This document shows, piece after piece, positions 56,411 through 64,000 of a DNA stretch of 64,000 nt. Source of the DNA: Ophelia neglecta (taxonomy: Eukaryota); assembly GCA_965285935.1 (NCBI GenBank), contig OZ260664.1, positions 51,584,001 to 51,648,000 of the forward strand, written 5' to 3'. Positions within the stretch are counted from its first letter, which is position 1. Each line of letters starts with the position of its first letter. The notes beneath the pieces are model-generated. The model ran no database searches, was not told the origin of the DNA, and saw only the letters and a list, made by a program, of their open reading frames with translations. Made by a program: the position numbers and the translations under genes.

Positions 56411-56586
56411 ATGGGAGCAGGGGCTAGCTCAACAGCTAAGAGAGGTGCCACCTCTGGTGGCAGTTCAGGTGCTTCCTCTGGTGGCAGGTCTGATGGCAGA
56501 TCAGGCCCTAGAGGATTTGTGGTGACCACCGCTGCACCAGGAGCCAGGATTATCACTGATCACAAGAAACAGGACAAACAAAAAAG
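56411..56586 (+). CDS. Candidate alternative first coding exon MGAGASSTAKRGATSGGSSGASSGGRSDGRSGPRGFVVTTAAPGARIITDHKKQDKQK(+AG), phase 2
   Basis: 58 codons + 2 nt in a GC-rich island, donor AAG|GTTAGT, after which the sequence returns to AT-rich. MGxxxS N-myristoylation consensus followed by KR. Confidence 0.75.
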
Positions 56587-56936
56587 GTTAGTTTGCCAAT
56601 TTGCATCAATTTGGTTAAACAATATACTGTGGGGGAAAGTTTATGTCAAACTCCAAGTGCCAAAATTTCCACTACTTTACAGTAAATACATGTACATTGT
56701 TTTGTATGAAAATGAGCTTGTGACCACTACCATTGCTAACAAATGTAGTTCTAATTAGGACTTGGTTGACTTGAATTACTATCGAGGCTGATTAAAGCTG
56801 GTTAAGTCCCAGTTAATTTTCAAAATTATTGATTTCTCTACATTTTCTTTTGCTTACAACCATTGGTACATCCATTTGAAGGTTTATTTGAATGGCTGAC
56901 TTTGTGTAGACTTTGCCCACTTGTCAATGTTTACCA

Positions 56937-56944
56937 ATGGGGAG
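56937..56944 (+). CDS. Weak candidate minimal first exon MG(+AG), phase 2
   Basis: ccaATG GGG AG|GTAAGT with a perfect donor. A competing out-of-phase ATG lies 10 nt upstream. Confidence 0.25.
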
Positions 56945-59900
56945 GTAAGTGTGTCAAGTATATTGATTGTTCTGATATCACTGGGGGGCTCTAATGGTTT
57001 TGATTGAGTGTGAGGACTAGGGTCCTAAACCTCTCTTCCTTCAAGTGACTTCTGATTGTGTTTACCTGAGAAATGACAACAAAAGACCAGGGTCTGCTGC
57101 CACAAAATCATCAATACACAACTTGAAATACCATACATGTATATGAAATACTCAATGTGGATTTTCATTTTTGTAGAGCATTTTTTGCACACATTTTTCT
57201 TACTACATCATTTTAATGTATTTTCCTACAGTTGGTGCTCGAGAGTAGCTAGAGAAAGGAAATCAGCTGCAATTCTTCGCTTGTCCTTCTTTAGCTTTTT
57301 AGCTGAATAATATTTTTTACCAATGATAAAATCTACAGGTTATCTTGTTGAGGCTGAAAGCCTTGTCTAATGAAACTTGACTGTTATCTCTGTATTCCCT
57401 TGTCAAATTCAGTTTATCAAATACTTAAAAGCTTTTCGCAGCTGGTGCTTTGGTTTCCAACTCTAATGAGCCTGTTTTGGGGAGGCTTTTCACAGCAGAA
57501 GATAATAAGCTGTGATTTCTAGGTATCAGCTGAGCCATGCTAAAGCTTCCCTATATGGGTTTGTTGGGAAGATTATGCCATGAGCATTCAATTCTCAGTA
57601 GTGTTTTTGTTTAGTCTGGGATCCATGGGGTCTGGGTGTGAAATCAATAACCATGAACAATTGAGAGATTTACTCAAAAATGTCCTAAGACTCATCGAGC
57701 TGTCGGAGTTGGGAATTGCTAGCCGGAGGCATTGCTTAAATGTAATCGCTAGTCAAATAGTGTGCCCTACACATCTGTGAGCAGTGAGTGCTCCTGTGGA
57801 TGGTGGTAGTCAGTTTATGAATGTAGTGAGATTGAGATGGGGATTGCCTGCTGTTGACCTTTCCCACCACCCAAATACTCTATGACAGGCACTGTCACCT
57901 GACATTGCAAGATCAAACAAATATTTTATATGAGCTCCAGGCCAGTTTGTATATCATCAGAAGAGGTGGTTTTCACTCATTTACCTGTGTGATTAAGCAT
58001 TGGCTGGTGTCAGCAAATGATTATTACATTGTTGTCATAAACATCATGTTATAAACATTAAAATTGTGAAGTAGCCAATAGTATAAATATATTGTATAGA
58101 TAAAAAATTCTCTTGAATCAATTAAAACTGAAAAAATGTCCGCCACTGAACTTGCTTAATGATTAAGCTTTACCCAACATGTAAACACGAAATATGCATG
58201 TTGCCTTGGCAGTAAAGCTCATGGGTTATTTAGATTTGGGGTCTCATGCATTTATTGGTGGCATTGCGATTGTAGTCTTTGTTGAAAGACTACTCTTGTC
58301 ACGAAAATGCAAACCGATGTCTTCATTGTAGTAACCATGTGTATCACATACATGTACCTACAAGAATCAATGCATGAATCCATTTGTTACAGGTGCATTT
58401 ATATGAAGCATAAAAGGCACACCTTTATTAGGCAGGCATTTTTTTTATTGAAATAATTCACAAAGTGTTTATAATTTTCCCATTTTCACTGGAGTCATTT
58501 AACCTGCCCCTTGAATTTAATAAATTGACAATACATATGCCATCCTCCAGTGAGTCCTCAAGCCCGGTGGCTTCTCCAGTGGCCTTCCCAGTGGCCTCTC
58601 CCCTCTCCAGTGAGTAACAGCCATGGAGATCATTCATTACAGGAGCTGTGTTTAAGTGGCACATTTACATTCCCTTACTGACGAAACTACACTGTAGATT
58701 CCTAGCCAGTGTCTGTAGGCAATGGTTATTAACAACTGGGGGGAGCTAGCTCAAAGGATCATGGATTATAGAGTGGTTAAAATGGAGGGAAACAAGTCTG
58801 CAATATGGCCACATTTGACATTGCAAAAGTAAATAAAGTCATGGGCATAGTTTTAAAGGAGTTAGCATTTTTTTTAATCATTTTACTGCTGTTCACTAGA
58901 GTAATTGAGGGGATGTTGGGACACACTGAAATAGGTCAAGCAAGGCATGCTTCTGTATCAATTGGCAGTATCCACTCAGACCATATTCCAGAAGTGCCAA
59001 GATGATTGTAGATTTATAAAAGTGATATGGATATGATTAAAGTTACTGGTCACAGTGATATCACACTAGCCTTTGCCAGGCAGGGATACTCCATTCATCT
59101 ATTCACAAAGTGCATATCTCTGAGATCGCTGAACATATAGTAACTGTTAAAAAAATACACTTGCTAGCCTTCTAGACCCCCCCCCCCCCCATTTTCAATT
59201 TTCTGCCATTTTGCCTGTTTACCACAAGCTGAACTGGGGTAGGAGGATCATTCATTATTTATTGCAGCCGATATTAACTGCTTGATGAAAGGTTTTAATC
59301 ACACGTTAACCACACCTGGTCATAAAATTTGCTCATGTTAAGATTTTCCATCAGATTATGAAGTGACGTGAATAGGGAGTGGTATGTAAATATATATTAT
59401 TCCACATGTTTGTACCCCCGCTGCATGTTCACCCCAACCAAGACCTGCCCTGCCCTGCTTGAATAAAAGCATATCAAGAAAGCAATGTTGTTTGGCATGT
59501 AAATATTTCAACAGTATAAGCTGCACCTCCATTGTTAAGAAGAATAATCGCTACATTGCAGAGGCCTAAGTCAATTAAAGATTGGTTATTCATCCAATGC
59601 ATTGTATCCATCATTAGATTTAAAACTAGTTTTGCGATCAGTAGCAATTGGTCTACACAGGCATTCCTGGTGATCTATGACCTATTTAGATCACACCTTA
59701 TTTATTGACTGTCAGCCAGCAGAAATTCGACGAGGAAAAAATACCCAATATGCAATGGAGACATCAGCGAGATACACTCATCTTACTCCATCCTGATGTG
59801 TATTTGATAAGCATTTGAGTAAGCATGAATTTTTTGTTAATCTGGAAGTTGGCAGTTAACACCACAGATGCTGGGACTTTCAGTTCCTACACCTCAAAAT

Positions 59901-60389
59901 GTATTCTTGTAAATCAAATATCCGTTTTTATAAGTACACTCAGTCTCTCAGACCAATCATTAATCTTTGGAGTGCTGGAAAAACCTGGGGCTTTGAAAAT
60001 GTTCACAATTAATTGATGTTGGCTCTTTAAAAATAAAAACCAGAGCCTGGCCTGGTCAGTAAAGTTGTGAAGTGTGAAAGAAGTTCACAAGAAGCCCTAC
60101 TTCTTGGGACCACAATGTCGACACCAGGAACACTATCATGGCAGATTTGCATACAAACTGTGGAAAGCTTAGTTAAAAGAGGAACTGGTAATCATGTCGA
60201 GCCATTTTGAATGCTCGCTTCATCATTATCAACATGGTGACATGTCCCCTTGTTATTTGGCCCTATATATGGCAAAAATACATTCACACAGGCTCTAAAC
60301 TTTGTGAGTGGTCATCCAATTCTTGGGCTGGAAGCAAAGCACTATATACACAAAATATGCTGTATGTCAGAAAATATCTTAACTCAGTT

Positions 60390-60566
60390 CAGTAAAACTT
60401 TAGAATTGAGACCACCCAGGTGACTTGAATACACTGGTCTAATTATTGAGGTATTCTGTTGGGACAGGTTACTTTAATTGAAAGTTCCCTATATGGTCTT
60501 TATATTAAAGGTCTGAATTGACAGATGGTCTGATTAAAGAGGTGGTCTTTAAGGCAGGTTTAAATG
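60390..60566. mobile_element. MITE copy (same family as 3398-3575)
   Basis: CAGTAAAACTTTAGAATTGAGACCACCC...GGTCTGAATTGACAGATGGTCTGATTAAAGAGGTGGTCTTTAAGGCAGGTTT; full length with decayed TIRs. Confidence 0.8.
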
Positions 60567-63500
60567 AACATGTACAAAGAGATATTCCAATGATCCTTAG
60601 ATGTCATGGCAAACCTTTAGTGATGCAGCTCACTTCAAACCTTTATTAAATGGCTGACATACACTGACAGTTTGCCTGACATCCTAGTAGTTATTAGTTC
60701 TTTACAGTCAAGTTAACACATAAATATGAACAAGCCCACCTCTTCTGCTCCAACTTTTTGCACTACATTTCATTCATAAAGGCTCATGGGAAGCTTGAAA
60801 TGCATGGCCTGTCATGACACAACACTGTCTTAATTGATTTATATCATCTTTTCCCTGCTATGGAATGTTGAACATGTAGTGAAATGGATGTTTTTTTGTC
60901 TTTGTTGGGACAAGGAATCTTACAATTACACTACTACAGTCACTCCTACATATTTTCAATTGAAAGCTTACAGTCCATATGTTTTTTATGAATTGACTTA
61001 CCTTTCAGTGTAAATTCTTTGCTGCTTGTTTGTGTCATATTCATTTAAGTATGTGGAAAGGAACTACATTAGATTACTATTTTTTCCTGTCTATTGAAAG
61101 GCAGCTAAAATGGGTAAACATTTGACTTGCTCGTCAGTCTTATCCAGATCAGGAGAGTTAGGGATTCTTTAGGAACCAACACAAACACTGCCTGGAATTT
61201 AGATGGAAAAGGCAGATAAATTTGAGGATATATCAAGGTATAACCTGTGTAGACTGTCTTCTCAGTTTGTCTTTTTGTATTATGTGTTTGTGTTCATATA
61301 AACTGTAAAGCCTAATGTAGTAAAAGACTGGACTGGTTTCTCTATAAGTTGGTAAGTGATATCACAGTGGTTTACTAGAAGGTTTTATCTGGATATGTCA
61401 GTACTGCTATTTAAAATCTACAATGACATTTGGGAAACATTCAGGTACAGTAACCACTGCCTACATTAGAACTTGCATTTACTGGAAAAATGTCCAAAGT
61501 GTCTAGAGATATAAACATAGTATTTAAGCCCTTAGCATAGTCACAGGGTATGATTATGTCTGCCTTTCACAGATAAGAATAGTGTGATCATGTCTCTCCA
61601 GCACTCACATCATTCAGCATTTAGTGCTAACTTATGGCAAGGTGATATATGTTCCTAGGATGGGGGCCCTCGCATGCTGATTGCTGACTAACAGGGAGAG
61701 TTTTACCCAGGTTGGTCAGTCTTGTCATGAGAGGTAAAGCTAAAGCCCTCTGACTGCATGCAGCACAACCTCCAATTGTAAAAAAGTCCATTTCTCTGTG
61801 CATTTCCTCTATGTGTGACAGTGCCTAGAGGGGGTGACAACATCTCACCAAGCTGCAACTTGAATCACTAGAAATGAAAACCATTTAAATGTCATGTATA
61901 GGGCATTTCAACCTCATTAGTAGCTGTACCTATAATTTCAATCAAATGGTTCTCATTTAGTGACATTGGAAATTTATTTTGCTACTTCTTCTTTGTTGAT
62001 ATATAACTTTATTAGGTATTTATTTGGTCAGCTGGATGGATTTAAACTGTCTCACATTTTCTGTTTATTTTTACATATTTCAATTTTTCTAATGATTCTT
62101 TTAGTTTTTTCAGTCATACATGTGTATGAGACTTGATCATTTATTTATATATTTGTTGGTATACATAAGTATTTAGGACCCTTTCATTTGAGGCTTCTTA
62201 GTGTTAATTATCTACACCTGAATATCTATATCTCATAACAGGTAATTATATACAATTATTCGGAGGTGGTAGTGTCACAGATGTTACGTGTGAGGTGTAG
62301 CATATGATTTGACCAAAATATGTTAGGATTATGTCTATATTAGGCAAACATTTGGGATAATTTTTGGTACATATATCGTAAGTCATCGGCTGGATTTGAT
62401 TTTGCCAGTTGTAACCATGACTTTGTGTTGATACTCCAGGGAATGTTTGAAATTGAACTCAGAATGGCCCTTTCCCGTTATCAATATCGCTACTTTTAAT
62501 ATCTTCTCAGTTTTGTATCCCTAAGAAAATCAAACTAGCCTTATCTAATCAAGAAAGCAATGGACCAGGTTAACCGGAAAACCTGCAGTCAAAAACTGAG
62601 ATATTCTGATGACATACTAGGTGCTTAGATTCAGTGTTGCATTATGAGGAGGGGTTAGTTAAGGTAGGTTTGGTATACATGTATAGCTAGATGGGGCTAA
62701 GTGTGTAATTTTGAAATTTCTAACCATAAACCTACACAAGCTTTCACTGTAATTGTTCTTTTTTTGTATGTCTGTATCTTTTATATCTATCTTGTATCAA
62801 TGTATGGTATTTTTCATAATGCTGCTATATACATGTACATGAAAACGCCAACTTAAAAAAAATGTTATCGCTTATAATCTCAGATAAGTCGTGCCAGAAG
62901 GTTTAATTGAACTGCTGATTTGGATGGGATCATACTTTGATTTGTTACATTTTTATGAGTAGTACATGTACAAAGTTTGTATTGAGTGAATTCAATAGAC
63001 ATTTAAAAAAATTAATAAATAGTATTTTTTTGAAAATGGGAAAGTATATGGCACTGTCCATCAAAATAGTATATGGCTTGAATAAAACTTAAATCTGAAA
63101 TAACTATTGAGATGTTTTCAGCAATTTGAACTTTGCGGGTGTGCTGCCAGGATGATGTGTGTAAGGATAGCACTGAATAGCCCTGCTGATGCAAGACTGC
63201 CGCTGGCTGTTGTGAATCTATTTACAATCAGAAAGCCTAGCTGATTGTATTTCTGAATTGATCCTGGTAGATTGCAGTCTGTGGAATCTGATTGTCCTTC
63301 TAGTTGTGCATCAGTAATTAAGGTTTAAATTGGATCTAGCCAACCCTGTGGCAGAAATGTGGCAATCACCCTCTTGTACAGAAATCCTAACCTTTCAAGT
63401 ATCTCGGTGGGTAAGGTATCTAATAAACATTTTTTTCCAGTCCAGGAAAACGACAGTTTACTGTTTAAACTATAGTTGGAGGCAGATGCCCAGAATACAG

Positions 63501-64000
63501 ACAAAACTTAATTTAAATTGTTTTTTTGTTTTTTTTTTTGCTTCCAACTGCTTAGGTTGTCACTACCACATTTTTTAGCTTGAAAATGTTAGTTTAGCAC
63601 TTGCTCTTTCTTTAAACGAAGCTTCATGCACAGTGTAGGAGGTCTTCTAGCATGTCGAATATATGGTCATGTACAAGTTGCTGGCATTTGGAACCATATA
63701 TGTACATGTACATGTGTATCTTGAATGTATCCAGGGCATGCATTTCGACTGTCCATCCTGTATACTACCTTGATCTCTGAAAGAGATAAAAATGTTCTGG
63801 GCATGATTATATATCAAAGAAAGTTTGCCAGCTGAAGTAATTGAAAAAAGCTCAATACAATTAAATTGCCTGTCTGGGTAGTGTTTTATGACTGTTTTAT
63901 GGTTGTTGAGACACTATTGGGATATTGAGACATAAACATCACAGAGTTTATGCTGCTACAGGGAGGAGATTTCATTGGAAATTGATACCTTTTATGAATG

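Noticed and set aside
60996-61044. Minus-strand MNMTQTSSKEFTLK with AAG|GTAAGT donor; also an 11-nt micro-exon-like motif at 20494-20504 (-)
   Set aside because: Isolated signals with no coherent minus-strand gene structure.

Overview
Eukaryotic (animal) genomic DNA. It is AT-rich, visibly CpG-depleted and full of TACATGTA palindromes, which suggests a gene-body-methylated invertebrate such as a mollusc or other lophotrochozoan (inference). There are no prokaryotic genes, rRNA, tRNA or CRISPR arrays, and no recognisable protein domain. The long ORFs in the track (24.8-27.5 kb, 34-36 kb, 4.2-4.7 kb, 14.3-15.1 kb) are translations of tandem repeats. The window reads as the 5' intronic region of one large + strand gene. 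The main observation is a dispersed series of short ATG-initiated exons that all end at a 5' splice donor in codon phase 2: 18777-18856 (MLCRC...), 23025-23122 (MGSAHG...), 38847-38923 (MFRRKPKICRAC...), 49215-49384 (MWQS...) and 56411-56586 (MGAGASS...), plus weaker candidates. This pattern fits mutually exclusive alternative first exons feeding a common exon that was not found in the window. Several carry N-myristoylation, palmitoylation or polybasic membrane-targeting-like N-termini. Also present are a strong candidate recursive splice site with a stop-containing RS-exon (44962-45092), a hairpin-forming composite 51/76-bp satellite, several other minisatellites, four copies of a TA-flanked Tc1/mariner-type MITE and a CpG-rich hAT-like non-autonomous element. 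The gene cannot be named from this window.
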